64,000 bases of DNA from Amphiura filiformis (GCF_039555335.1 NC_092647.1:18692946-18756945); one strand, 5' to 3'; shown: positions 13,490 to 27,594, counted from the stretch's first letter. Made by a program: numbers and translations. The notes: a model not told the origin generated them from the sequence alone.

Positions 13490-16140
13490 ACATGTACCTC
13501 CCTTAGTGGGTGTACAACCCCTGTTACTTTCCTATTCAGCGAGGATGACAATTTTGACATCCTTGTCTGTTTACAAACAGAGATGTAGACAATTTCCTGT
13601 CAAAATTGTTCCGTTTGTCCAAATGCTCAAGTATCATCAGTATGGGCCACAATAGAGTGATTCACGCAACAGGGTCAGGGATCCATTGTCCAGTTTGCCA
13701 TCAAGATTTAGAATGGAAACAGTTCAGACCCAGAACATGATTACAAATGTTTTTCAATAATATTTTGTTCTGGGACTGACTTACACATGCCAAGACAGTC
13801 TGAAACGATACCAGCAAATTCAAGAATTCAAGGAACACCAGCCTCACAATGCGTATGACCCTTTTTTAGCCTACGTCTCGTATCCTGCTATCATTGAAGA
13901 AACCAGGAAACCTCATCACAAATTCACTCACCTTGCGATCCTACACCACCAGTTGAAATAAACTCAAAACTCAAAAAGCTTTGTTATTTGTACCGGGCAT
14001 TTTTCTACAAATTCGTCCAAAGTACAGTAAGCAAAGGGTTGGGGATCACATTTTTTAACTATCACTAAAATGTTTTGGAGTTGAGGTCCGCTATTAAAAA
14101 GTAGACCATTTCGGGGTATACATCATGTCACGTTTTGAACAATGAGTGAAAACCGACTACAATCACTACATACGCTGGTAAATTATAGCGACGCTGTTGT
14201 ACTAGACAGCCGTTCCCGAAAAGAATGGCTGTTTACATGTACAAGTAGGCATACATTGTAGGACTAATTTAATATTCAAACTTTAAATTACAATTAGGCC
14301 TACATGTAAATTAGTCCGAATAATCAGACCCAGAACAAAATATTAATTTCTGACATGATCGTGTTCTGAACTGTTTCCAAAATCTTGATGCCAAATTCGA
14401 CAAAAGAAGCACATGGTCCTACTTGTTCGAAATATTTACTAACGGTCAAAGCTTGCTTTGACCGCAGTGTTCGAAATAAGCACTTATCCTCTTGTCCTCT
14501 TGTCCAAAAATCACTGGGGACAACCATATTGAGCTATGTACTTATCCCCTGGACAACCACTATATTTTACCTCTAAAATCATGTTTGATTTTATAAAACT
14601 TGAAATTAAATTTTGAGTTTTGACTTCATGTTTGATTGTAATTTGTATCCTTACGCAAGATCTATAGACCACGTCTGCTAGCACATAGTATTATAATATG
14701 ATGTGATGTCAACTTGTTCAGCATGTCCAGTTCTGAACATTTTTTATAACCATTTCACTGAGTTCCCAATGGTGGCAGTGCTTGAGATCTGCATGATCAG
14801 AATGGCAAATCTTGAAGCTTGTACATGTTTAGCAATTTGTGGCTACGGATTTTCCAGAACAAAAGACTAAAAAATATGGCACATTTTGGGGACAACCAAA
14901 ATGTTTTGAGGACAAGTAGAATTTAAGCTTTGGTTATCCTCGGGACAACCTCCATATTTTCCTTATTTCGGACACTGTTTGACCGTTAGATTCCGTTCGT
15001 ACTGAATATCGGTCGGAACCCGGTGTATAAAAATGCATCGGGATATAAAAATGCTATGTATTGGCTTACTTAACCAGCACATATTAATAAGCGTGTCATT
15101 AAATAAGTTTTATTGTACTATTACCTACCTGTTTGCACTTTCGATGCATACGATCCTAACATTATAAAGGAAATATCAGCTAAATTTTCGGCAAGTTTTT
15201 CAGAGCTGGATCCGGCCTGAACATGCTATTATTATTGTAGCTGTTTGCGCCGTGCTGATGGTGAAACAGTCTCAACCTACGAGGGCATTTCACACACATA
15301 AATTGTGCTTACGTAACAGGCTCACGTGATAAGCAATTAGTTTTTAACCAATGAGGTGGAGCGTTTTAGCTGTGTTGGACTTGTCTCTGTTATGTTTGTG
15401 TTTTTAGTACAAACCTAATTTAACAATATACAAAATATTGATATAGTGTTATAAAATAGTCCAAAAACAAATCAGCAGTTAATGAAGAAGTAATTTCCGA
15501 TATACTGTCAGTAGCAATTAGAAAAATTTATTATTTTTAAGAGTTTTGTTTATTAATACACATGTCTAGGGAAATTGAAATTACAAACTAGAAACAACAG
15601 TAAATTTTACTTCGTGAACTGACAGTTGAATCATCGCCGATCAATGGAAAAATGGGAGCAATTTTAGTGATGAAATATTCACGCAATTGCACTTGAAATG
15701 CGAAGTATTACTGAGAATTATGTTGGGAATGTGTATAGTAACAAATTGGTATGTCATGTTATGTGGAAAGTGGTATTTGAGGGTATGCTTATTGAAGCAG
15801 TCAGTGGCCTATTGTATTTAAAGTACCGTATACGGTGTTATTTACTTGTTTATTCCCGCACTGCATTCAGTTACGAAAGGACGCTAGCTACGAATGCGAG
15901 GGCATCTGTGAGCAAATTCGTAGCTAGTGTTTCTCGAGCAAGGTCCTACTTCACAGTTTTTTAATCCCCTATTCATGTTGCGTGAATCACTCCATTGTGG
16001 ACCATCCTTTTGATACTTGAGTATTTGGACAAGCGGAACAGTTTTGACAGGCCCTTTGTCTACCTCTCTCTGTTTGTAAACAAACAAGGTTGAAATTGTC
16101 CTCCTCTGCGAATACGAAAGGCAGCGTAATAGTACGGCAC
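13490..16140. mobile_element. ~2.6-kb element bounded by ~170-bp inverted repeats (13490..13680 and 15960..16140). No intact ORF.
   Basis: The terminal segments are reverse complements (cctgtcaaaattgttccgtttgtccaaatgctcaagtatcatcagtatgggccacaatagagtgattcacgcaac pairs with gttgcgtgaatcactccattgtggaccatccttttgatacttgagtatttggacaagcggaacagttttgacagg). The internal part at 14990..15400 is related to 25060..25330. Confidence 0.5.
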
Positions 16141-18189
16141 TACATGTAAATAACAACCATGATCATGCAACAGAATTTTTAACTCTAAAAAAAAAGGAAA
16201 ATTCATGTAAAATAATGAATGAATATTTAGGACATGACATTTCAAGAGATACAATGTACTATGAAACGCTGAATGAAGCTGTACGTATGTACCTTCCTTG
16301 CATACGTCATGTATACATCATGACATCCTAGTCACGATTATCGCACTTTCAGTTTCCCACGCGTTTGAACGGGAATTGGATTGCGTACTTTTTCGATATT
16401 TGAATATTTTGAGAAAATGATGTCAAATTTTCTATTCTGTATTGTTTGGTAATAATGTCTTTTGCCAATAGTATGTTTAAAGTTGTAATTTTGTGTTTTT
16501 GATCGCAAAGATCGGATATTTTCGCTCCCGATTCAATTCTGAACCCTTCGCAAGGGTGCCGATTTCGCAGAACTTTGTTATAGTCAGGCTCACATCACAC
16601 ACTACAGGTGGCGCTATTCGTCCATAGGGAAGTGGAATGTGCCTGTACGGTCCCAAAATGGCTTTACTGTGGGGCTCAATGGAAAAAATTACTAAAAATT
16701 AATTTTGATAACCAAAACCTAAGTGATGTTGACTTACGTTGGTACTGGCATAATAATGGATTCATAAGCTATCACATTGTGCAATCTATGTTCCACCAAG
16801 TGGACGCTCGTTAAAGCGCAAAAGCAATTTGTGTGTAAATCAAGACCATCCAAAACAGCTTTCTTACAGTAAAGAATAGGAGGTCATCTGGGGTCACATA
16901 CAGTAGTGTACATTGTACATGTGCCTGCTGTCACAATTTCACACACAAAATTTTGGACAATTTGGTGACACTATTTTTGTTTGTAACTTCAAAAGTATAT
17001 GCACTAGAAACATGATTGACCCCTTATTGTTTAGGTAATTTGATTCTCTTTCAAATGAAAGAACTTTCAGCTAAAAATATTGAACTTCAAAATTTTATGA
17101 ACATACATAACTTTGACGATAATTTTGCCCTTTTGGACACTAAAATGCTTTCGATCCTTAATTTTGTTTCAACCGAGTCTTAAATTAGCAAGCACAATAC
17201 AATACGGTTGGTACCACTTTTATATACATTGATGACATTTTAAAGATGTTTTTTCAAGTTTCTAACCGGCGCAAATCGTTAAGTGTGTATTTCCCATTGA
17301 CATCCAAAATGGCGTAAGCCAGTCCTCAATATACATAGGTACGGCGTATATAGGACTGGCAAGCGAGTCTATGACATCCCGCCATGACATACCACTGACA
17401 TACATGACATGTTGTTAGTGCAGTGCAGCAGTGCAGTGGGCCGGGTCATTCGGTCATGACATTGACTGTCATTCAATACAATGCAATGGAGAATGTTATG
17501 CATGAAATTAGGCCAATGATTCCACGGTAAATAACAGCGCTTGGTCCATCGACACCTCAATTAAGATTCACTAACTGTTACTTGGTAAATTAAACATAGC
17601 AATACTCACGTCTTATATTCACCATCGACTTTAGAAAAGTGAAAATTTAAGGTATTTTTAACGAAGATACCAGCCCTGATACCACTCAACCTGGTCGTGT
17701 GTAGACGTGTACAAAAGTTAAGTCATCTCCCGTTTGACCTTGTAAATTACAATACCATTTGGAGTGCAATAACAGACTGCGTAAACGACTATGAAGTATT
17801 ATGGTCAGGACGCCCCCACATCAGAATGACTCAGAAAGTCAGGGAAATGCTATTCATGTTGGCATGCAAGGTCTCAGATCTGAGATGCAAGGGGTGGAGC
17901 AATTTTGAGTAATTTTGAAAACTTTTGAAAGTGTTTTCTGCAACTTCAGGCAGTTTTGAAAAAAATGTTAAGCAATTTTGTGAAACTTTTAGTAACTTCA
18001 TGAATTTTTTAGAAAATGTTAAGCGATTAAAATTTTTGTGAAATCAACTATGCGATTTTGAGAAAGTTTTTTAAAAATTGAAAATTATCTGGGCCAAATT
18101 TTTTTGCTGTCTGGAATTAGGAACAAAATCGTTTTCGATTGTATATTCAGTCGAGTGATTTTATTTTCAATCTTTCATTCTTTTCTTTT

Positions 18190-18850
18190 TTTCAATCAAA
18201 GGGAGTGATCCCCAATCTTTTAGCGATTAACAAAGTTAGGGGTAAATCTTTTTCGATTGAATTTTCAGTAGAAATGGGTGGGTTTTCATTGTTTTTCAAT
18301 CTTTTGTAGACTCAACTTAGGGACAAATCCTCAGTTCCAATGGAAAGAAAAATGAAAATATTCACTCAAAAAGGTTTCAAATCTCATTACAAAAATCCAT
18401 TTCAATCTAATTTTCATCTATTTAGATTGACTTTCAGTAAAAAGGACTGTTTTCACTAATTGATTTTCATTATTGTTCAATCATCCTTTGAAGACTGCTC
18501 ACTATGGACTACAATGGCCTCATCCCAATGGCATAGTTCAAAAACCTCAAGTACACATCATAGTGCAAAATTTGACTTCTAGTTGCAGAGTAGGCCTATG
18601 AGTTTTTGTACCCAAATTGTCAAAAAAAGGTCATTCAATGAATGTACAAATATATTGGGGGAGTGATCCCCAATCTTTTAGCGATTAACAAAGTTAGGGG
18701 TAAATCTTTTTCGATTGAATTTTCAGTAGAAATTGGTGGGTTTTCATTGTTTTTCAATCTTTTGTAGACTCAAATTAGGGACAAATCCTCAGTTCCAATG
18801 GAAAGAAAAATGAAAATATTCACTCAAAAAGGTTTCAAATCTCATTACAA
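18190..18850. repeat. Two ~200-bp direct repeats (18190..18400 and 18655..18850) separated by ~255 bp.
   Basis: gggagtgatccccaatcttttagcgattaacaaagttaggggtaaatctttttcgattgaattttcagtagaaat...ctcattacaaa occurs twice. Confidence 0.8.
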
Positions 18851-19775
18851 ACATGTGCAATACATGCCTTTGACAGTACATTTAGGAGTAACACATGATT
18901 GGATCTTGGATGATGAAATCAGTCAAACTGAGAGTAAGCTTCCCAGCAAACACAAAAACGTTTTAAAAACGTTATAAATAAGTTATATTTTGGCTTTTGG
19001 TTTAGGTAACAACGTTTTAATAACATTTAAATGTCGGGTTATATAAAGGTCATGAAAACGTTTTAATACGTTTTATATGAAAACACACTACAACAATATT
19101 TTTAAATGTTTTCAAAAATGTTATTGTAAACTATTTTCGCAAACGTTTTTTGCCAAATATTTTGTCAACACTTAAGTAACATTATGTTAAAATATTTGCA
19201 CTCAGCAAACACAGAAATGTTCTTAAAATGTTTTATTCAAAACGTTTTGATAACATTTAAATGTCGGGTTATATAAAGGTCGTGAAAACGTTTTTAAAAC
19301 GTTATTGCAAATATTTTGGGCAAACATTTTTCGCAAAATATTTTTTCAACCCCAAAATAACATTCTGTTTAGAATGATTTGTATCAAGTTTTCAAAAATG
19401 TTTTTGGAATTTAAATAAAACGTTTTTATACCCTTTATATAACCCGACATTTAAACGTTTTCTGTAAAACATTTTGTGTTTGTTGGGCAGTATATTATCA
19501 AAAAATGTTTTTAAATGTTATGAAAACGTTTTATACCTTTAATATAACCTTTGGGATCCCAAGTTTGAAAACCTTATGGTCTTATTTTATTCAAGGCCGC
19601 GCCCCATGAATGTGTGCCAAAATCGCTTGCTCAGCTGGCCAAAAACTGCTTTCCCCCTTTTCGGCTTGCCAAAACTTTCTTGCCCCCACCCAATTTTACC
19701 CTCCCCAAACAAATAAATGAAGGAGGCAATATGGTCATTTTTTCAAAAGAGTATTAAATTTTTATACACAGATTA

Positions 19776-19940
<165 letters not shown>

Positions 19941-19949
19941 ATTACACGT

Positions 19950-20020
19950 ATATCAATACAGTATGTATTGGACTCGATACACTGTGTTTCACGTTGCTAA
20001 ACGATCATCAGGCGAATGAC
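19950..20020 (-). ncRNA. Second copy of the candidate hammerhead ribozyme motif (inverted arm).
   Basis: The reverse complement reads cgcCTGATGAtcgtttagcaacgtGAAACacagtgtatcgagtccaatacatactgta, the same box architecture with one helix-II substitution. Confidence 0.4.
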
Positions 20021-20211
20021 TACAAACTACGGAGGTTTTTTCTTCTTCCTGGCAGTGTTGCCATGTCGACATTTGCTTATGAATTCAGTCCGTTTGTTTA
20101 ACGATCTGTTTGGATCGGCTTTTTTATTATTAAGGATTGCTAATTTCTCTTCGAGGCATAGATTGCACATACCCGTTTTGCGCCTAAAAGTATTTGATTT
20201 GAGGATGGTTG

Positions 20212-20436
20212 CTAGGATATATCATATTTAACATTATTGTCTTTCAGACTCCAAATGTGTTTAGATAATTCGGTTTCGTTCTTGTATTTTTTGTGGGTAA
20301 ACGACTTAACATGGTTATTATACCTTTCCTTGAATTTGCCACCAGCAAGGCCTACATAGGTTTTACAACCCTTACTGGAGCTGATGTTAGCTTGATACAC
20401 TACTGCTTCTGACAAGCATTTCCCTTTTAAGGGCAA
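20212..20436 (-). CDS. PLE GIY-YIG endonuclease domain (copy 1).
   Basis: SEAVVYQANISSSKGCKTYVGLAGGKFKERYNNHVKSF...ELSKHIW: GIY/YVG ...R...H pattern. Lies 3' of the RT fragment on the same strand. Confidence 0.7.
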   Translation of the reverse strand: MPLKGKCLSEAVVYQANISSSKGCKTYVGLAGGKFKERYNNHVKSFTHKKYKNETELSKHIWSLKDNNVKYDIS

Positions 20437-20871
20437 TTTCCTTTATATTTGCGAGTACAGTTGCACTGTTTCTTGGGGGGGTTCTTCATTTTGCGTTTTA
20501 TTTTTGAGTTTTGCGCTTTGATAATTGCACCAACATTTTTCATGCAGCTATAGCTTATTTTTACGCTGTTGCGGTTGAAAATTCTGTTCAGTTTGGACCC
20601 TTTGGGGAAATGCTTGTCTACAAGCTTTAAGAATTTCTGACCAATATTCGTTTTTACACTTCTACTATACGGAGGATTATACCAAGTGGTTTTTCTTTTT
20701 CTGTTACGAGATTTTCTACCACTGGTTGCATTGTTCTTTTGGTATTTGTTTTTTCCTCATATCCTGAGGATGCTAGAGCTTTGTTGTAGATTTCTGCGTT
20801 ACGATTGAAGACTTCCTCGTTGGATGAAAGTTCTGAGATTCTACGCCCGATAGCAGCTGGAATGTTTTTGG

Positions 20872-21453
20872 TTATGTTCGGAGGATGGTCTGAGTTGGCA
20901 ATGCATGCACATATACAGGGGTGTTGTTGGGCTTTCTGTAAGGTTTATGTATTCCTGTACGAAGGTCCAAGTTCGCGTCCAGGAAGTTGATTGAGCTTGC
21001 TACTGCCTCAACCGTGATTTGCAAGCCTGCTGATCTGAAGATTTTGATGATCTTCTTTCTTGTTCTTTCTGCTTGGCTTCCAGATGAGTTCTTCAACACG
21101 GCGAGACCGTCGTCTCTATAAAGGCCGACGCTTTCTACTTTGAGATCGTTGTTGAGTTTCTGGAGCATGTACAGGCCAACTAGCTCGCACACTTCGGCAC
21201 CGTCAAATGCTCCCATAGCGACGTCGAATGCGTTGTCATTTTCCTTCTTTATCCATGCTGTGCTGTCACCATCATACAAGAGTGTTTTTCTCGCGTGTAA
21301 GATCGTGTCTTGTTCCAGTTTTGAGACAGTCGTGAACTGTTTGGCCCATTTGAGTGTGTTCCTTAATAGCGTTTCGGAAATCGAGGGATAGAAGTCACGA
21401 CATCGAATGAAAGGAAAGACAATTTGCTTTTGTCTTTGAGTTTGATAAACCAA
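20872..21453 (-). CDS. PLE reverse-transcriptase fragment (193 aa).
   Basis: Contains VGLYRDDGLAVL (the YxDD catalytic motif) and the thumb-like FLDANLDLRTGIHKPYRKPNNTPVYVHALPTQ (the PLE FLG...vYRKpT..y.h..S.HP pattern). It is 5'-truncated. Confidence 0.65.
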   Translation of the reverse strand: MVYQTQRQKQIVFPFIRCRDFYPSISETLLRNTLKWAKQFTTVSKLEQDTILHARKTLLYDGDSTAWIKKENDNAFDVAMGAFDGAEVCELVGLYMLQKLNNDLKVESVGLYRDDGLAVLKNSSGSQAERTRKKIIKIFRSAGLQITVEAVASSINFLDANLDLRTGIHKPYRKPNNTPVYVHALPTQTILRT

Positions 21454-21889
21454 TCTAACACTGCCGCCGTATTACGCCATTGGTTTACTTTTAGCTTGTC
21501 CCTTATGGTCGAGTTGATGCGATCAAGCATGATCTTGCTGGCTTTACCTATTTCTGACTTGGTCGGGTTTATTAACCTGCACTTAGGGCTATTACTTAGC
21601 GAAATTGTCCTTGTGATCTTTTAGCGTTACAAGCATTGTAGACAAGCATTTCCCCAAAGGGTCCAAACCTGAGACCATAATACCTAAATTATGGTCTCAG
21701 GTCCAAACTGAACAGAATTTTCAACCGCAACAGCGTAAAAATAAGCTATAGCTGCATGAAAAATGTTGGTGCAATTATCAAAGCGCAAAACTCAAAAATA
21801 AAACGCAAAATGAAGAAACCCCCAAGAAACAGTGCAACTGTAGGCCTACTCGCAAATATAAAGGAAATTTCCCCTTAAAAGGGAAATGC

Positions 21890-22213
21890 TTGTCAGAAGC
21901 AGTAGTGTATCAAGCTATAAACATCAGCTCCAGTAAGGGTTGTAAAACCTATGTAGGCCTTGCTGGTGGCAAATTCAAGGAAAGGTATAATAACCATGTT
22001 AAGTCGTTTACCCACAAAAAATACAAGAACGAAACCGAATTATCTAAACACATTTGGAGTCTGAAAGACAATAATGTTAAATATGATATATCCTGGGAAA
22101 CCATCCTCAAATCAAATACTTTTAGGCGCAAAACGGGTATGTGTGCAATCTATGCCTCGAAGAGAAATTGGCAATCCTTAATAATAAAAAAGCCGATCCA
22201 AACAGATCGTTAA
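21890..22213 (+). CDS. PLE GIY-YIG endonuclease domain (copy 2, inverted).
   Basis: Near-identical peptide to copy 1 (SEAVVYQAINISSSKGCKTYVGLAGGKFKERYNNHVKSF...) followed by a C-terminal Cys/His cluster (MCAIYASKRNWQ). Confidence 0.7.
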   Translation: MSEAVVYQAINISSSKGCKTYVGLAGGKFKERYNNHVKSFTHKKYKNETELSKHIWSLKDNNVKYDISWETILKSNTFRRKTGMCAIYASKRNWQSLIIKKPIQTDR

Positions 22214-22684
22214 GGCTGAGTAAAAAAAAATACATGTTTCTCGTCCGCACCCTCCTCATTTTTTGAAGATTTTTCAAATTTCTTTTTATTTTGTAAACTT
22301 TCAGATATAACTTGTTGAAAAAGATGTTTCAGAAGTTGAAACTTATTTTACGGCTTTGTAAATGCATAATACATCATTTAAGAAGAGTTTTGTGATCACT
22401 AGAGGGTCTACCTCTCAAAACAATAAAATAAAAGGGCCTCCTCCTTTTCTCAGATATCAATCTGTACATGTCGAGTACCCGAAATATGGTGTCAAATACA
22501 GGTATTTAGCGTCGTTTTCCAATAAAAAATAGAAAATAAAAAGCCCCTCATTCTCCTAATTTTTAAAAACCCGGACGAGAAACATGTTTTTATTTTTACT
22601 TGGCCTAACGGACTGAATTCATAAGCAAATGTCGACATGGCAACACTGCCAGGAAGAAGAAAAAACCTCCGTAGTTTGTAGTAA

Positions 22685-22750
22685 GTTCGCCTGATGATCG
22701 TTTAGCAACGCGAAACACAGTGTAGCGAGTCCAATACATACTGTATTGAT
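22685..22750 (+). ncRNA. Candidate hammerhead ribozyme motif in the PLE terminal repeat.
   Basis: cgcCUGAUGA-ucGUUuagcAACgc-GAAAC-ACAGU...ACUGUA. The conserved CUGAUGA and GAAA boxes are separated by a 4-bp helix II (cgtt/aacg, loop tagc), followed by a helix III candidate acagt/actgt and a GUA triplet. PLE pseudo-LTRs are known to carry hammerhead ribozymes. Confidence 0.4.
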
Positions 22751-22825
22751 ATACGTGTAATATTACTGCTCTTTTTCGAAATCGAGCACTCTTTTACAGC
22801 AGTTTGTGATAACTTTTTTCGTGTA

Positions 22826-22876
<51 letters not shown>

Positions 22877-22880
22877 ATAT

Positions 22881-23400
22881 TATTATTAGTGAAATTACCA
22901 CATCGTAATACAAATTTGTTTCGTATGGATGGTTTCACCCATCCACACTCGTCAGTTGCAATGTGTAAAATGACAAAGAATATGTCTTGAGTTTGATGCG
23001 CGCGCAAGAGGAATTAACGCAACCGCGTATCTTAAAGTTGCGCAACACAATACGCGTCTTAAGTGCGTATCCATGTCTGGGCCTACTTATTGCTAAACAT
23101 GCTAAAAGAGCGACTTATTTATAGTTACACAGTAAATGTTTTTTTCTATGCCTGCAGCCACTTGCTAGTTCGTTTCTGTGGTTCAAGGTTGACATTTGTG
23201 GTTTATTTATAATAAAGTATTTCTCAGTAATGCATAGATTGCATTTTTTGCTGCTGGTAGAGTACGATTTACTTCGAGCAATAATTCTCCATTTGATGGA
23301 ATATGATACTTTCTTATCATTAAGGTTCCAGATGTAGTTGCTCAGAGCGGTGGCGTATCTTTGATTTACATTTTTGAAGGTACTGTTATGGACATACAAA
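22881..23400 (-). mobile_element. Third PLE 3' fragment: GIY-YIG C-terminal portion (23115..23399) plus tail, abutting (AAATAAAT)n.
   Basis: The ORF peptide ALSNYIWNLNDKKVSYSIKWRIIARSKSYSTSSKKCNLCITEKYFIINKP is homologous to ELSKHIWSLKDNNVKYDISWETILKSNTFRRKTGMCAIYASK of copies 1 and 2. Confidence 0.55.
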
Positions 23401-23894
23401 TTGAAAATTAAATAGATGCTGGGAATAAAGCCTCGGAATGAAGCACTGAGATTTTACTTCAGAAGAGAATTTACTTTTTTACAAATCAAGTTTTGTATTG
23501 AAGTTTTTTATTTTTATTTTGTTTAATTAATTTTTAATTAATTATCCTTTTCATCTTTTCATTAGAATTACTTATTCCAAAAGTAAATCAATCAAAACCA
23601 AGTATCTCCAATATCAAAATTGTTATTCCACAAATTGGCCACACTTGTGTGCCGAAAAGTCGGCGAAAAGTGCTTTCCTTCCTGATCAGCTGATTGATTG
23701 AGACTTTTAAACAGCCTAGGTATCAGAAAACACCGTTCTGCGACACGTGGGTTTCTGAGTTCGTAATGATAATGCGTACACAACACTGTGTAGAGAATCT
23801 ACTTTTGGCTTAGCATACCATCGATTCCGGGTTTGTGCAGGTGCACTCTGGCACTGGCATGACTCTGGGCTGGGCAAGTTTACATGTTGTGGTG

Positions 23895-24270
23895 CAATGT
23901 CAGTTCCCGGGGGGGTCACTCACATACCAAAGTGGTATGCATGCTCGTCCCCAAAAACGGCGAAAAGGGTTGATTTTTGGCCTTGTGGCGGCGTCGCCGT
24001 TTTTAGAAAAAGGGTGCTTTTCAGGTAAAGTTTCGACGTTTAGGGTATATTTTTCAACTTCAGTGGGTTTGTTTTAGAATTTACGCCATTTAGGGGTCCA
24101 TTTTAGTTTCTTACGCCGAATTATGCCATATTTTAGGGGTAAGATTTACAGAGTCTTACGCCAATAAGGGGTGAAATCTTTCCACACTGATTACGCCATG
24201 TAGGGTCCATTTTTGAGGTGCTGGGACGAGCATGCATACCACTTTGGTATGCGAGTGATCCCCCCGGGTG
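23895..24270. mobile_element. MITE with ~50-bp TIRs.
   Basis: The TIRs cacccgggggggtcactcacataccaaagtggtatgcatgctcgtcc and ggacgagcatgcataccactttggtatgcgagtgatccccccgggtg flank an internal run of 'ttacgcc...agggg' subrepeats. Confidence 0.75.
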
Positions 24271-24419
24271 TCAGTTTCTTCTTCCTTATAAGTGCCTCCC
24301 TCATATGTATGTATGAGTATTGTCGCACTGCGTACAGACAAGCTGTACTTATTTTTTACTCTGGAACCTAGAGTAGATGAGTGTATTTTGAAGTACAGTC
24401 AACATGACCGGGATGATCC

Positions 24420-24650
24420 CCTGCTCTTTTCGAATAGCCTGTGACGTTCTTTAACGTGCACACTACATTAATGTGAGAAAATATGCATGTACACGGGACC
24501 GACAGCTTAAAGTGCCCTCCGAAGCACTAAGCAAGTAGAGTGAAGTGTCTTGCTCAAGGACACAAAGAGCCGGACCTGGGATTCGAACCCTTGACCCTTG
24601 GGTTCACAGTCCTATGCCTTAACCGCTAGGCCACGCTCTCCTCTTTCCTA
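24420..24650 (-). mobile_element. tRNA-derived SINE.
   Basis: The reverse complement starts GGAGAGCGTGGCCTAGCGGTTAAGGCATAGGACTGTGAACCCAAGGGTCAAGGGTTCGAATCCCAGG (tRNA-like head with A and B boxes), then a non-tRNA body. Confidence 0.6.
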
Positions 24651-27594
24651 TGCAATGTCAGTGCAATCACCAAGCACAACTGCCTAGGCAATGTAAGTTA
24701 TTGTGTATTATTGACGATTTTGCTGACATTCAGTGCGTACTATGTTATAATTCCTGTCCGATGCTGCAGAATGAATGAGAATCGGTAAGTCATTGTAAGC
24801 TTAACGAAAAGTAAACAAACTAGAAAAGGCTGCAGAATTTGACACCTAGAATAGTAGAAGGCTAGCTGAGTTTCTTCTCTAGTCTGCAAGGCTCTGCACC
24901 AGTCACTGTTTTTATGCGCACCCTTGGATTATGCACCCTCAGTTGAGTTGTTTTTAGACATTTGTGATGCCACCAGAGTCTGGACGTTGTTCGAGCATAT
25001 TCTCTAACACGTAAATGCTTTAGCATTTACTGTTAGAGATGGCTACTATGTCATCCTTGTGCATAGTCCGGTTCATAAAATTGTACCGGAACGTAAACAT
25101 GCTTCATAGTTCACAAACACACTTCATAAGCGTGTCATTATAAGCTTTATTCTATTTCATGTATTACGCCGTACCTTTTTACATTTTCGATACTTACGAT
25201 CCTAAAAATTGGAAGCAAATATAAGCTGATTTTTGCTGACTGCACAGCCAACGAAAAGATGGCAGAAATTTAACCTCAACCTGTAGGGGCATTTGACGCA
25301 GGTAAATATTCATGAATAATGACTGGGAGGTCATAGGCTAACAGATTCTATAGATGAGAGTATCTTTACCACGTGAGCTTACTTGACGTGACCTGACCTT
25401 AGATTGCTGCCCTCAGTCAGGCGGCGGATGACATGCATGATAGAGAGAGACGGCAAAACTGCTAAGCCGTATGCACATGATGGCACTTTCCACACAAGTG
25501 CGATGAATTTCGCAGCTGCCGTGATCACTGATACGCGCCATTCAATTTGCACACTGAGTGATCGGAGCCTAACCAACACGGCGAATTACGTCAGAGTGAC
25601 TCTCATCCAGTAATAATCAAATTTTACAGTATTTAATTAATTTGAAGGTTATTTTTGTAGGGTTCATTATCGAACCCCAACGGTTTCAGCTTGTTTTAAT
25701 TAACATAGGCCTACTTGTTTGTGATATTTTAAGCGCTTTTAAATTTCAAAATAATCCCATTCAATTACACGGCTGACAAAGCAAATTTACTGAATTTAGA
25801 GATTGCACGGCGTTCACCACCTGCATCTCTCTGACCTTTTATGCTGGTTTCATACTACCCTGCCGCTTGCCACTGAGCGGCGTGCGCTATACGCCAGCAT
25901 TGCAGACAAACGGACACAATAAAGGCTTGCCATTGGTTGAAAGCCCTGCCGCTTGCCGCAGCGGCAAGCGGCAGGAAAGTATGCTGGAGGCTTTACTTGA
26001 ATTACTTCCTGACAAAATGGTGACGCTTAGCCGATCGCCGGAAAATATTGGAGCAATTTCTCCAGAAATAGTAATGAAATATTTACCTAAATGCACCTGA
26101 AATGACACATAGGACTGAGAATTACGTCAACAACTCGCATAGTAACAAATTGGTAGGTAAAGCTACGTACAATGAGGTATTTCAGAACTTCAACTTGCAC
26201 TACCGACACCATGAAAAATATTTTAATTATTACCGATCCTTCAGAATACTTGCAAATATTGGCAGTTTCATAAAATCCTGCTGCTGAAAATCGTAAATTC
26301 CACAATCTTCTGTCAGATCCAGGTCAGTAAATCACAGATGGGCGAATCTACCAGCGTGACAAGACCAGAGATAATAAGGGATGAGAGGCCACACCGTACA
26401 AATAGCTAGCCTGATTGGCAAGCGTCGTCGCTGGCCAGATCTTCTACGGTCGTGTATGATGAGTAGAGACCATAGAGCCCTATATAGGGCTCTGTGGAAG
26501 AAACGGTTCCTAATTTTGAAGCCATGGATAAGATTCATTTATACGAGAACCATATTTTTGTACCAATCACAGAACAGAATTTCACCTACTCACAGCTGTC
26601 AATCATTCTTGTGAAACGTAAGCTCCGCCTAGTATCAAGGTCTTCTTCTGCGCATTGGTTGTGCGCATTAACTAGCCTCCAGCACAAATCCTGTGCACAT
26701 CAGGTTGGATGGGCGGTTTACGCCTGGTTTACACAATAGGAACTGCGATGCATCCTAAACTGGATCGTTTCCGTATTCGCATTGCATGGTGGGTAATCGC
26801 CTGCCAGTTTATGTAGCTCCACGCTCACAACAGTTTAAAATCAACACAGGTAAATCCATATAAAAATTAACATGGACACAAAATTGACATAGCTTATGTA
26901 ATTCAAATAATAAAATGTAATATTATCATGATAGATGCACGTTTTATTAAAACTTGAAAAGATTATTAAGTCCAATAATTTGTTTGTGTTAGCTTGCACT
27001 AGTCACTAAATGGCGACCCATCACACATTTTCTGCATGTGCCGACATTAGTAACTCATAGTGACTGTCCTCAAACTAGCGCCAGTGTGTCTCAGGCCTGA
27101 TAACGACCCCAGGTAATTTTATGCAGAAAGTTTTCTTGCGAACAGCTGCAGGTGACAATTTAACAATGAACACGGCTTGTTTATGTACATGCGTGGGGAG
27201 GCTTGCACTTGTACGTCAGCTGACGTGTTTTGGACATGTTCCGGCGTAAAAAAGTGTTGTTTTTCTTCATGACAAATACCAGCGATGACCAGTTTTTTGT
27301 GGGCTATTTGATTTACAGGTATGTCGGTTCGTCATAGGGTAGAAATGATAGCTGTACAATTTGTATAACATACAGTTTAACATAGGCCTAAACATTAAAT
27401 GGGCACAACTCGACCTTCCGTATTATGCACAAGTATGTGGAAGTGGCAGGCATAGCTCTGCACAACGGCAGCACCAATACGAAAATGTCATACCGATAAA
27501 TGATGTGTCTGTTTTGCCCGTTATTTAAGTTTGTGTTGCGAACTAATGTAGATGTAGAAACAAGAGAGAGGTGCAAAGTAAAGTAAAATTACGA

